Below are positions 30,844 to 40,195 of a stretch of 64,000 nucleotides of DNA, in pieces. A model generated the notes under the pieces. The model saw only the letters and a program-made list of their open reading frames with translations. It had not been told where the DNA came from and did no database searches. The stretch is from Myxococcota bacterium (GTDB taxonomy: Bacteria; Myxococcota_A; UBA9160; UBA6930), in assembly GCA_965223415.1 (NCBI GenBank), contig OZ245002.1:5280001-5344000 (forward strand), given 5' to 3'. Position numbers and translations under genes: made by a program. Position 1 is the stretch's first letter. Each line of letters starts with the position of its first letter.

Positions 30844-32265
30844 CTACACCAGCAGCCGGTAGGGGGCTTCCAGAAGGTCCCGAACCGTGCCGAGGAAGCG
30901 GGCGGCAGGCTCGCCGTCGAGCACCCGGTGGTCCCAGGTGAGCGAGAGGCGCAGGGTCCGGCGCCGCACGGGCCGGTCGCCCTCCCAACCCACGCCATCG
31001 GCGATCCGGTTGACCCCGAGGATCCCCGTCTGCGGGGGATTCAGGATGGGCGTGAACGAGTCGACGCCGAACATGCCGAGGGTCGAGACGGTGAATGTGC
31101 CGCCGTGCATCTCGTCGAGGCCGAGGCTGCCGTCCCGAGCCGCTCCCGCGAGGCGACTCGCCTCGCGGGCGATCGACTTGAGGTCCCGGGCGAGGGTGTC
31201 GCGGAGGACCGGAACCACGAGGCCTTCGTCGAGGGCCACGGCGATGCCGACGTGGATCTCGGGCAGGAGCTCGATCCCGCCTTCGCCCATCCTGGAGTTC
31301 ATGCGGGGATGGAGCTCGAGGGCCTTCGCCGCGGCGCGAACCACCAGGTCCGTGTAGGTGGGGCGCACGCCCTCCCGCTCCCACTCGGCGATGAGCTGCT
31401 CGCGCAGCTTCACCGCGTCATCCATCCCGACCTCCATGTCCATGGTGAGCTGGGCGGTGGTGCGCAGGCTCTGGAACATGCGCTCGCTGATGGTCTTGCG
31501 CATGCCGCGAAGCGGAATCGTCTCGCCCGCTGCGGGCCGGCCGGCCGGCGCCAGGACGGACCGTGCGGCGGGCGACGAGGCGGCCGCCTCGACGTCGTCC
31601 TTCGTGATCCGTCCGCCGGGGCCGCGGCCGGCGACGGCGGAGAGGTCCACGCCCAGCTCCTGGGCGCGGCGCTTCGCCAGGGGCGATGCCTTGATCCGAG
31701 CCGCGGGGGCCGCGGCCGGGGGAGCCCCTGAGGGCGCGGTGGCCGCCGCGGGGGGAGCCGCTGAGGACGCGGTGGCCACCGCCGCGCGGATGTCGGCCTC
31801 GACGATGCGGCCGCCCGGTCCGCGCCCCTGGATCCCTTCCAGGGCGATGCCCAGCTCCCGGGCCAGCCGGCGCGCCGCCGGCGAGGAGAGGATGCGGCCT
31901 CCGACGCCGCGTGCGGCCGGCGCCGCCGACACGGGGGACGCCGCGGCCGCCGCGCCCTCTTCCTCGGCGACCGGCATCTCGTCCGGCGAGAGCTTCTTTC
32001 CGGCGGGCAGCACGTCGGGGATCTCCTCTCCGGGCTCGAAGATCCAACCCACGACGTCCCCGGGCTCGCAGGTAACGCCGGGCTCGACGAGGTGTCGGAC
32101 GACGCCGCTGTGGTCCGCGTCGACCTCCATGTCCACCTTCTCGGTCTCGAGCCGGTAGAGGAGCTCGCCCTGCTTCACCTCGTCCCCGTCGGCCACGAAC
32201 CACTCGGCAACGACGCCCTCGGTCATGGTCATGCCCACGCGGGTCAGGTAGATCTCCTTCGGCAC
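30844..32265 (-). CDS. Dihydrolipoamide acyltransferase (E2, AcoC-like): lipoyl domain, two subunit-binding domains, catalytic domain
   Basis: ETEKV lipoyl site, two SP.A+R.A...G.GPGGRI..D repeats, GGTFTVSTLG, PILNPPQ, DHRVLDG. Confidence 0.93.
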   Translation of the reverse strand: MPKEIYLTRVGMTMTEGVVAEWFVADGDEVKQGELLYRLETEKVDMEVDADHSGVVRHLVEPGVTCEPGDVVGWIFEPGEEIPDVLPAGKKLSPDEMPVAEEEGAAAAASPVSAAPAARGVGGRILSSPAARRLARELGIALEGIQGRGPGGRIVEADIRAAVATASSAAPPAAATAPSGAPPAAAPAARIKASPLAKRRAQELGVDLSAVAGRGPGGRITKDDVEAAASSPAARSVLAPAGRPAAGETIPLRGMRKTISERMFQSLRTTAQLTMDMEVGMDDAVKLREQLIAEWEREGVRPTYTDLVVRAAAKALELHPRMNSRMGEGGIELLPEIHVGIAVALDEGLVVPVLRDTLARDLKSIAREASRLAGAARDGSLGLDEMHGGTFTVSTLGMFGVDSFTPILNPPQTGILGVNRIADGVGWEGDRPVRRRTLRLSLTWDHRVLDGEPAARFLGTVRDLLEAPYRLLV

Positions 32266-32278
32266 TCCCGTCTCCTCG

Positions 32279-33301
32279 CTAGTCGGACGCCGGCAGTCGG
32301 AACCAGCCGCCCTCGGCCGCGCGTGCCATCACCCGATCCGCGTCGATCACCCACGGGCCCTGGCGCTCCACCCGGAGGACGGCGCACCGCCCCGCTCGCA
32401 GAACGCGCTCGCGCTCTCCGTCGAAGGCGAGGGTACCCGGCCCGCGGAGTTCGACGGCCTCCCCGAACCCGACGCTTCGCGCGGCCCGCAGATGGACCGT
32501 CTGGAAGTGCCCGGGCGCGATCGGCGCGCGGATCCCTTCGCCGCCCTCCCCCAGCTCGAGGAGGAGCGATACGTCGTCCCTTTCGCTCACCGGGTGCACC
32601 AGGCCGCCGATCGACGTGATGCCGACGCCGGCGGGATCCGCCCGGGTGAGGAGCGCCGTGCGCAGTCGGTCGCCGTCCATCAGCGCGCGGCTGCCGACGA
32701 AGCGGTCCGTGGTGAGCACCGCATCGATCAGGGCCAGGTCCGGGGCCTCGCCGTCCACCGTCACGGTGACGAGCTTCGCCCGGCTCGCCACATCGGCGAG
32801 CCCGACCCGGCCGCAGGCCACCGCGCCGAGCGCCGCGCCGGCGACCGTCGCCTCGACGAGCTGCGGGAACACGTTGTTGGTGCCGGTCGACACGGGCAGA
32901 AGCGGCGCGTCCGGCCAGCCCCGCACGAAGGCGCGGTTGGTGCCGTCGCCGCCCAGGGTGAGCACGGCGGCGCAGCCCGCTTCGCGCAGGGCCCGGGCGC
33001 CGTGCACGGTGTCGATCGCGCTCCCGGTCCGGGGTGCATCCACCGGCTTCGCAGCCACCTCGCCCTCGAACTCCAGGAACGCGCTCGCGGCGATGTCGTG
33101 GCTGTCCGGGACGTAGCGGAACTCCCGAGCGCCGGCGGCGATCGCACCCACGATCGCCCGCCGCACGATCGCGTGCTTCTCCTGGTTGTCGAACACCGAG
33201 GCCCGGGCCGTGAGCCGGCGCACGTCCTTCCCGGAGGCCGGGTTGCACGCGACGCCGACGGGCCCTTCGCGGGCGACGTCCGCGGTGCCGGAGTTTGTCA
33301 C
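32279..33301 (-). CDS. acoX: AcoX-like (ATP-NAD kinase superfamily) acetoin catabolism protein
   Basis: NPASGKDVRRLTARAS, LGGDGTNR, STGTNNVFP, DGERE. Located within the E1/E2 operon. Confidence 0.8.
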   Translation of the reverse strand: MTNSGTADVAREGPVGVACNPASGKDVRRLTARASVFDNQEKHAIVRRAIVGAIAAGAREFRYVPDSHDIAASAFLEFEGEVAAKPVDAPRTGSAIDTVHGARALREAGCAAVLTLGGDGTNRAFVRGWPDAPLLPVSTGTNNVFPQLVEATVAGAALGAVACGRVGLADVASRAKLVTVTVDGEAPDLALIDAVLTTDRFVGSRALMDGDRLRTALLTRADPAGVGITSIGGLVHPVSERDDVSLLLELGEGGEGIRAPIAPGHFQTVHLRAARSVGFGEAVELRGPGTLAFDGERERVLRAGRCAVLRVERQGPWVIDADRVMARAAEGGWFRLPASD

Positions 33302-33304
33302 GAG

Positions 33305-34306
33305 CTAGACGCCGAGGAGCTCGCGCACGCTACCCGCGATGCGTTTCGCATCCGGGACGTAGAACGCTTCGAGGGGCGGGCTGTAGGGAACCGGCGAGAA
33401 GGGGGCCCCCAGGCGGGCGACCGGGGCGTCGAGGTAGTCGAAGGCCCGCTCCTGGATCTGGGCGGCGATCTCGGCGCCGAAGCCGCCGAAGCGGACCGCC
33501 TCGTGCACGACGAGCGCCCGGTGGGTCTTCTCCACCGACTCGATCACGGTCTCCGTGTCGAAGGGCTGGAGGGTGCGGGGATCGATCACCTCGGCCTGGA
33601 TGCCCTCCCCGGCCAGGGTCTCGGCCGCGGCCAGGGCCTCGGTGCGCATCCGGCCCATGGCGACCACGGTGACGTCGCTTCCTTCCCGCGCTACCGCTGC
33701 CTCGCCGATCGGGATCTCGTAGGCCTCCTCGGGGACCGGCCCGGTGAGGGGCAGGGACATCTTGTTCATGATCACGAAGACCGGGTTGTCCTCGCGCACC
33801 GCCGCCAGGATCGCGCCCTTCATGTCGTAGGGCGTCGCCGGCATCATCACCTTGAGGCCCGGGAGGTGGCAGAGCCACGCCTCGAGGCTCTGGCTGTGCT
33901 GGGCGGCGAAGGACATGCCGGCCCCCGCCATCGTGAGGACGGTGACCGGCAGCTTGGCCTTCCCCCCGAACATGAAGCGCATCTTCGCCATCTGGTTCGC
34001 CACCTCGTCCATGCACTCGCCCAGGAAGTCCATGAACATGATGTCGATGATGGGTCGCAGCCCGGTCGCGGAGGCGCCGACCCCGAGACCGATGATGCCG
34101 GCCTCGGAGATGGGCGTGTCGACCACCCGCTTCTCGCCGAACTCGTCGAGGAGCCCGCGGTAGCAGCCGAAGACCGAGCCGGCGCCGGCCACATCCTCGC
34201 CGGCGAGGAAGGCCTCGGGGAACTCCTGGAGCGCCTGCCGGCAGCCCTCGGTGATGGCCAGGATGTAGGGAAGCTGGCGGGCGTCGGTATCGGTGGCGGC
34301 GGCCAT
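33305..34306 (-). CDS. TPP-dependent dehydrogenase E1 beta subunit (AcoB-like)
   Basis: GEDV, DTPISEAG, MFMDF...DEVANQMAK.RFMFGG, QHSQSLEAW, DPRTL.P. Confidence 0.94.
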   Translation of the reverse strand: MAAATDTDARQLPYILAITEGCRQALQEFPEAFLAGEDVAGAGSVFGCYRGLLDEFGEKRVVDTPISEAGIIGLGVGASATGLRPIIDIMFMDFLGECMDEVANQMAKMRFMFGGKAKLPVTVLTMAGAGMSFAAQHSQSLEAWLCHLPGLKVMMPATPYDMKGAILAAVREDNPVFVIMNKMSLPLTGPVPEEAYEIPIGEAAVAREGSDVTVVAMGRMRTEALAAAETLAGEGIQAEVIDPRTLQPFDTETVIESVEKTHRALVVHEAVRFGGFGAEIAAQIQERAFDYLDAPVARLGAPFSPVPYSPPLEAFYVPDAKRIAGSVRELLGV

Positions 34307-34317
34307 GGAGGATCCTC

Positions 34318-35301
34318 TCAGCTTCCCGGGCGGTAGTAGACGTCGTCGAGCAGGTTCTCGGGATCCGGGAACGGGCTGGCCTCGGCGAACTCGATGGCTT
34401 CCAGGGCTTCGCGCCGCACCCGCTCGTGAACACCGGCGGCGTCCTCCGTCGACATCACCCCGAGCTCGACCAGGCGGGCCTCGAGCATCTGGATCGCGTC
34501 GCGCTGCTTCCAGCGTTCGACTTCGTCGTCACTGCGGTACTTGACCCCCATGCCGCGCACACCCACGTGGTCGTAGTAGCGATAGGTCTTGCACTCGAGC
34601 AGCGTGGGGCCTCCGCCGGCGCGTGCCCGCTCGACCGCTTCGCCGGCCGCTTCGTAGACCGCCAGGACGTCCATGCCGTCGACGATCACCCCGGGCATGC
34701 CGTAGCCCGCCGCTCGGTCCGCAACGTCCCGGATCGCCTGGTGCCGCGCCTGGGAGGTGTACTCGCCGTAGCCGTTGTTCTCGCACACGAACAGGCAGGG
34801 CAGCTGGTAGAGGGCGGCGATATTCGCGGCCTCGTGGAAAGCGCCCTCATTGCTCGCGCCGTCCCCGAAGAAGGTGCAGGCGACCTGGTCCGTCTCCCGG
34901 TACTTGTTGGAGAAGGCGGCGCCCACCGCGATCGGCGGGCCGCCCGCGACGATGCCGTTCGCACCGAGGATCCCGATGTCGAGGTTCGAGATGTGCATGC
35001 TGCCGCCCATGCCCTTGCAGTAGCCGGTCGAGCGGCCGTAGAGCTCGGCGTACATCTCACGGAACTTGCCGCCCTTGGCAACGAGGTGGCCGTGGCCGCG
35101 GTGGGTACTCGTGATCTGGTCGGCGTCGGTCAGGTGCGCCATCACCCCCGCGGCCACCGCCTCCTGTCCCACGTAGAGGTGGAGCGCCCCGGGCACCTTG
35201 CCGTTCTCCATCAGCTTTCCGGCCTCCTCCTCGAAGATCCGGATGCGCACCATCCGGTCGTGGAGGTCGCGGAGCACATCGTCGCTGGGGACATTCGCCA
35301 T
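34318..35301 (-). CDS. TPP-dependent dehydrogenase E1 alpha subunit (AcoA-like)
   Basis: HLYVGQEAVA, STHRGHGH, GGSMH, GANGIV, FFGDGASNEG, ENN.Y, TYRYYDH. Start at ATG 35301. Confidence 0.94.
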   Translation of the reverse strand: MANVPSDDVLRDLHDRMVRIRIFEEEAGKLMENGKVPGALHLYVGQEAVAAGVMAHLTDADQITSTHRGHGHLVAKGGKFREMYAELYGRSTGYCKGMGGSMHISNLDIGILGANGIVAGGPPIAVGAAFSNKYRETDQVACTFFGDGASNEGAFHEAANIAALYQLPCLFVCENNGYGEYTSQARHQAIRDVADRAAGYGMPGVIVDGMDVLAVYEAAGEAVERARAGGGPTLLECKTYRYYDHVGVRGMGVKYRSDDEVERWKQRDAIQMLEARLVELGVMSTEDAAGVHERVRREALEAIEFAEASPFPDPENLLDDVYYRPGS

Positions 35302-35345
35302 GGTGTTCGTGCCTTCGGGAGAGTGAAGGAGGCTCGGAAGCCGCC

Positions 35346-35354
35346 ACTCTAGCA
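35346..35354 (-). promoter_or_regulatory. Extended -10 element for the aco operon
   Basis: TG-C-TAGAGT on the minus strand, 44 nt upstream of the E1-alpha start. Confidence 0.45.
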
Positions 35355-35372
35355 CCGCCCCGGTACCGCGGG

Positions 35373-37256
35373 TCAGGCGAGCTCGTAGTCGTCCAGGGAG
35401 GGCTCGTGGGTCATGGCCCAGTAGTCGACCAGCCGCCAGGGCGAGACCGAGAACACCCGCCCCTTTCGGTTGCGGTAGTAGGTCGACATGCCCGGGTGGG
35501 TCCAGATGAGCTGCTCGTGCTCCGCGTCGACGCGCCGCACGTACTCGTCGTGGCGGTCGCGGCGCACCTCCGCCGCCGTGAGCCCCTGCTCGAGCATCTC
35601 CACGATGACGCCGGTGATGTAGCGGGCCTGACACTCGGACACGAAGATGGCGCTGCCCCCGTGGCCGAGGCCCGCGTTGGGGCCCAGCATCACGAAGAGG
35701 TTGGGGAAGCCAGGCACGGTGATGCCCAGGTAGGCACGCGGGTCGTCGTCGGCCCAGGCCTCGGCCAGAGCGCGATCGCCCCGGCCCCGGATGCCCAGGC
35801 GGGCCGCCATCGAGCCCATGCGGAAGCCCGTGGCCAGCACCACCACGTCCGCCGGACGGTGCCGGCCGTCCCGGGTGACGATGCCCGTCGCGTCGAGCCG
35901 CTCGATCGAGTCGGTCACCAGCTCCACGTTCGGCCGGGTGATCGTCGTGTACCAACCGTTGTCCAGGAGGATCCGCTTGCCGTAGGGCGGATAGGTCGGG
36001 AGGCAGGCCTCGAGGAGGTCACGTCGGTCCCCGAGCTGCGCCGCGATGTGGTCCGCCATCTCCTGGCGATGGCGGTCGTTGGTGCGGTTCATCGATCGCT
36101 CCGGATGGGGCCAGTCCGGATCCTTGCGCAGGAAGGGCAGCAGGCCGTCGCCGTAGCGCCAGAGCATCGTGAAGCGGAACCACTCCGCGTAGAAGGGCAC
36201 CTCCGCCAGGAGCCACTGGCCCTCCTCGCTGATGGGGTCGTGGTAGCGGGGGATCGGACGCGCCCATTGCGGGCTCCGCTGGTAGAGGGCGAGGGAGGCG
36301 ACCTGCTCGGCGATGGTGGGGGCGACCTGCATGGCCGAGGCGCCGGTTCCGATCACCGCGACGCGCTGGCCCTCGAGCTCGAGGCCCTCGGGCCAGGCAG
36401 CCGTGTGGAAGAGCTCGCCTTCGTAGGCATCCGCCCCCTCGAGCTCGGGAAGAGCGGGCTCGCCGAACTGACCGATGGCGCTGACCAGGAAGTCACAGGA
36501 GACGGTCTCCTCGCCGTTCGGCGTCTCGAGGCGCACCTGCCACCGGGCATCGGATTCGCTCCAGCGAGCGCCGGTGACGCGAACCCCGAAGCGGATGTGG
36601 GGACGGACGCCGAGCTCCTCGGCGCTCCGCACCATGTAGTCCTGGATCTCGTCCCGAGGCGAGAAGTAGCGACTCCATCGGTAGCGGCGGCCGATGGAGA
36701 AGGAGTAGGCGTGGTTCGGCGTGTCCACCCCGCAGCCCGGGTAGCGGTTCTCGTACCAGGTCCCGCCGACCTCCGGGTGCCGTTCGACGATCGTGTAGGG
36801 GATGCCCAGGCGTCCGAGCCTCGCGCCAAGGGCGATCCCGCTGGCTCCGGCGCCGACGATCAGCACGCGCTTGTCCGCCGCCCCGGCCGGAGGCCCCTCC
36901 CCTTCCCAGGTGACGTCCCGGGAGGTGAAGCCGAGCTCCTCGCGCATCATCGGCGCGTACTCCTCCGGCACCCGCTCGCCGAGGCACACGCGCATCATCT
37001 CCAGCATGAGGGCGTCGCCCGGGTCGGTGACCCGCGGCTCCCGACCGGCCTCGCAGAGCAGCTCGAGAGCCGCCGCGCGGATCTCGTCCCGCACCTCGGC
37101 GGGCAGGCCCGCGTCCTCGTCGGCGATCAGCCAGACGTCGCGCTTGGGCCGGTAGGGCGGCTCGAGCCAGCGGCGGTCGCCACTCAGGTGGAAGACGACC
37201 ATGAGCAGGACCCGGAGGTCGGCCTGGGCAAGGGCGGATCGCAGTCGTTCACGCAA
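35373..37256 (-). CDS. Type I Baeyer-Villiger/flavin monooxygenase with N-terminal extension (4-hydroxyacetophenone monooxygenase-like)
   Basis: GAGASG, GGTWYENRYPGCGVD, fingerprint YEGELFHTAAW, GTGASA, ATGF. TTG start at 37256 with a GGAG SD. Confidence 0.9.
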   Translation of the reverse strand: MRERLRSALAQADLRVLLMVVFHLSGDRRWLEPPYRPKRDVWLIADEDAGLPAEVRDEIRAAALELLCEAGREPRVTDPGDALMLEMMRVCLGERVPEEYAPMMREELGFTSRDVTWEGEGPPAGAADKRVLIVGAGASGIALGARLGRLGIPYTIVERHPEVGGTWYENRYPGCGVDTPNHAYSFSIGRRYRWSRYFSPRDEIQDYMVRSAEELGVRPHIRFGVRVTGARWSESDARWQVRLETPNGEETVSCDFLVSAIGQFGEPALPELEGADAYEGELFHTAAWPEGLELEGQRVAVIGTGASAMQVAPTIAEQVASLALYQRSPQWARPIPRYHDPISEEGQWLLAEVPFYAEWFRFTMLWRYGDGLLPFLRKDPDWPHPERSMNRTNDRHRQEMADHIAAQLGDRRDLLEACLPTYPPYGKRILLDNGWYTTITRPNVELVTDSIERLDATGIVTRDGRHRPADVVVLATGFRMGSMAARLGIRGRGDRALAEAWADDDPRAYLGITVPGFPNLFVMLGPNAGLGHGGSAIFVSECQARYITGVIVEMLEQGLTAAEVRRDRHDEYVRRVDAEHEQLIWTHPGMSTYYRNRKGRVFSVSPWRLVDYWAMTHEPSLDDYELA

Positions 37257-37286
37257 AGAGGGGCTCCGGACTCCGCGGGCCAGCGA

Positions 37287-37316
37287 GCTATACAGCCAGG
37301 AGCTTCCGCCTGTCAA
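37287..37316 (-). promoter_or_regulatory. Sigma70-type promoter for the monooxygenase
   Basis: TTGACA, 18-nt spacer, TATAGC on the minus strand. Confidence 0.5.
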
Positions 37317-37356
37317 ACCGGCTTCCCACCCGAGACCCGCACCGGAGCCCCTGGGC

Positions 37357-38847
37357 ATGAAGAGCAGCACCGTTCACCTTCACCGCCGCTTCCAGATCGG
37401 TCGCGTCGATCCGCGCATCTTCGGGGGCTTCCTCGAGCACATGGGTCGCGCGGTGTACGAAGGGGTCTACGAGCCCGCGAGCCCCCACGCGGACGCGGAG
37501 GGCTGGCGAAGCGACGTGCTCGAGAGGCTCCGCGGCCTCGACCTGACGGTGATGCGCTACCCGGGCGGGAACTTCGTCTCCGGCTATCACTGGCAGGACG
37601 GGGTCGGCCCGCGCGAGGCGCGGCCCCGCCTCCGCGAGATGGCCTGGAACAGCATCGAGCCCAACCAGGTGGGAACGGACGAGTTCCTGGCCCTCGCCCG
37701 TCGCATGGGCTGGGAGCCGATGATGGCCGTCAACCTGGGAACAGGCTCGCCGGAGGAGGCACGCAACTGGGTCGAGTACTGCAACGCTCCCGCCGGCACC
37801 CGCTATGCGGACCTGCGGGTCGCCCACGGCCAGGAGAAGCCCTACGGCGTGAAGCTTTGGTGCCTCGGCAACGAGATGGACGGTCACTGGCAGATCGGCC
37901 ACGTGCCCGCCGAAGAGTACGCGCTCCGCGCCCAGCAGGCGGCGAAGCTGATCAAGGACCTGGACCGATCGATCGAGCTCGTGGCCTGCGGCAGCTCTAC
38001 GACCCTGCTGCCCAGCTACCTCGAGTGGGACCGGGTCGTCCTCGAGCGGCTGGGCGATCACGCCGACTACCTGAGCCTCCACAACTACGTCGGCAACCGC
38101 ACCGACACCATGGATTTCCTGGCCGTTACCGGTGCCATCGATCGCCAGATCGAAGGCGCCGACGCCCTGTGCCGCTTCGTCCAGACCCGGCGGCGCTCGC
38201 CGAAGCGCGCCCACCTCTCCTTCGACGAGTGGAACGTCTGGTACAAGACCTTCAGCGGCGAGCACATGAACGGCGCGGGCCGCCTGGCTCCGCCCCTGAT
38301 CGAGGAACGTTACAACCTGGAGGACGCACTGGTCGTCGCCGGCTTCCTGCACAGCTTCGTCCGCCACGCCGACGTCCTGAAGATCGCGAACCTCGCCCAG
38401 ATCGTGAACGTGATCGCGCCCATCCTGACGCGGACCGACGGCCTGCTCGTGCAGTCCATCTACTGGCCCTTCGCCCTGTTCTCGCGGCGACGCGACGGCA
38501 TTTCGCTGGCCCCCTCGGTCGAGGGACCGACCTACGACTCCCCTTCCTACGGAACGACGAGCCACGTCGACGCCAGCGCGATCCTGGCCGGGCCTCGCCT
38601 GCACGTCTTCGTGACGAACCGGGACGAGGAAGCCGCGGAGATCCGCGTTCGGCTCGCCGACGGCAAGGTCGGCGGGGTGATCGACGCCGAGATCGTCACG
38701 GCGTCCGATCCCAAGGCCGAGAACGACTGGGAGGCTCCCGACGTCGTGCGTGCGGAGCCCTTCGACGAGCACCATGTCCAGGGGGACGACGCGGTCCTGC
38801 GCCTGCCGCCGATGTCCTTCGCTGCGGTCAGCCTTCGCCTCGCGTAG
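37357..38847 (+). CDS. GH51 alpha-L-arabinofuranosidase-like glycosidase (no signal peptide)
   Basis: FLEHMGRAVYEG, RYPGGNFVSGY.W.DGVGP, WCLGNEMDG.WQIG, SFDEWNVWY, ANLAQIVNVIAP. Confidence 0.93.
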   Translation: MKSSTVHLHRRFQIGRVDPRIFGGFLEHMGRAVYEGVYEPASPHADAEGWRSDVLERLRGLDLTVMRYPGGNFVSGYHWQDGVGPREARPRLREMAWNSIEPNQVGTDEFLALARRMGWEPMMAVNLGTGSPEEARNWVEYCNAPAGTRYADLRVAHGQEKPYGVKLWCLGNEMDGHWQIGHVPAEEYALRAQQAAKLIKDLDRSIELVACGSSTTLLPSYLEWDRVVLERLGDHADYLSLHNYVGNRTDTMDFLAVTGAIDRQIEGADALCRFVQTRRRSPKRAHLSFDEWNVWYKTFSGEHMNGAGRLAPPLIEERYNLEDALVVAGFLHSFVRHADVLKIANLAQIVNVIAPILTRTDGLLVQSIYWPFALFSRRRDGISLAPSVEGPTYDSPSYGTTSHVDASAILAGPRLHVFVTNRDEEAAEIRVRLADGKVGGVIDAEIVTASDPKAENDWEAPDVVRAEPFDEHHVQGDDAVLRLPPMSFAAVSLRLA

Positions 38848-38860
38848 GCGGACCCGCCGC

Positions 38861-40036
38861 CTAGCCGATCGCTCCGTCCTCGCGAAGCCGGGCGATCTCC
38901 TCCGCCGCGTAGCCCAGGCGCCCCAGCACGGCGTCCGTGTGCTCGCCGTGTCCGGGGCTGTGAGCCGCCGGAGTGAGCTGCTGCCCGGCGAAGCGGGCCG
39001 GCGGACGCACCCGGCGCAGCTGACCCATGCGGGGATGGCGAGCGGTGTCGACCGTGCGATTGGCTTCCACCTGGGGGTGCGCCAGGGCTTCATCGCGGGA
39101 CAGGCACTTGGCACAAGGGACATCGTTCGCGCGGAGGCGCTCGAGGATCGTGTCCGTGTCGAAGGCGGCGAACGCCGCCTTGAGCTCCGCACGGTAGGCC
39201 TCCACGTTCGCCTGGAGCGCGGCCAGGCTGGCGAAGCGCGGATCGGTGGCCAGGTCCTCGCGACCGATCGCCCGGTACACCCCGTCCCGTTGCTTCGGAG
39301 CGGCCGCCGACACCGTGATCGCACCGTCCCGGGTCTCGGTGAGCTCGTAGAGGAGATCCGCCAGCAGAGGCTGCCGCACGACGTCCTCGTCGAGCAGGGT
39401 GTGGTTCATGTAGCCGTCGGGGAAGACGAAGTAGAGGCCCGCGTCGAGCATCGAGAGGTCGATGTGCTGGCCGTGGCCGGTGCGCTCGCGCTGGAAGAGC
39501 GCTGCGGTGAGCGCCTGGCACGCGGTGTAGGCGGTGATCTTGTCGCAGACCAGGTTGCGCACGAAGGCGGGGCGTTCGGTCCCCTGCACGTCCGCCATGC
39601 CGGCCTGGGCCTGGACGATCGGGTCGTAGGCCGGCTCCCCCTTCATCGGCCCCTCGGTTCCGAAGCCCGAGATGGCCAGGTAGACCAGCCGCGGGTTCCG
39701 GGCCCGGAGTGTCTCGCTGCCGAGCCCCAGCTGGTCCATCACCCCCGGCCGGTAGTTGTGGATCAGGACGTCCGCCTCGGCGGCCAGCCGCTCCGCGATC
39801 TCGCGCCCCGCTGGCGACTTCAGCTCCAGGCGGATGGACTGCTTGCCCCGGTTGCAGTTCGCGAAGAGGCCCGAATCGCCCCCTTTCGACGAGCCGATGG
39901 CGCGCATCGGGTCGCCGGCGGCCACGGGCTCGATCTTCGTCACGACAGCCCCCTGCTCGGCCGCCATCATGGACGCCAGGGACGCGGTGATCATGGTGGA
40001 GAGCTCGACGATGCGGACGTTCTCGAGGGGGCGCAC
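38861..40036 (-). CDS. Family III (CaiB/BaiF) CoA-transferase
   Basis: PLENVRIVEL, KIEP..GDPMR, NRGKQS, NYRPG, ISGFG, catalytic Asp in CDK. GTG start at 40036. Confidence 0.92.
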   Translation of the reverse strand: MRPLENVRIVELSTMITASLASMMAAEQGAVVTKIEPVAAGDPMRAIGSSKGGDSGLFANCNRGKQSIRLELKSPAGREIAERLAAEADVLIHNYRPGVMDQLGLGSETLRARNPRLVYLAISGFGTEGPMKGEPAYDPIVQAQAGMADVQGTERPAFVRNLVCDKITAYTACQALTAALFQRERTGHGQHIDLSMLDAGLYFVFPDGYMNHTLLDEDVVRQPLLADLLYELTETRDGAITVSAAAPKQRDGVYRAIGREDLATDPRFASLAALQANVEAYRAELKAAFAAFDTDTILERLRANDVPCAKCLSRDEALAHPQVEANRTVDTARHPRMGQLRRVRPPARFAGQQLTPAAHSPGHGEHTDAVLGRLGYAAEEIARLREDGAIG

Positions 40037-40064
40037 GGGAAACCTCCGGGATGGGGAGCGGAAA

Positions 40065-40087
40065 TGATGGCACTCCCTATGCCATGA
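40065..40087. promoter_or_regulatory. Inverted repeat matching sigma54 -24/-12 spacing on both strands
   Basis: Plus strand TGGCAC-TCCCT-ATGC; minus strand TGGCAT-AGGGA-GTGC (GG-N10-GC). Lies between divergent genes. Confidence 0.4.
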
Positions 40088-40195
40088 CTCTACCCTCCTC
40101 CTCCCGCCGATGACCTCAGACCGGTCTCCGAGGAGATCGGCCCCTGGGCTAGGGTGGCCCCGCTCACCCGGCCAGAGCCAAGGAGGAAGCCTTCC

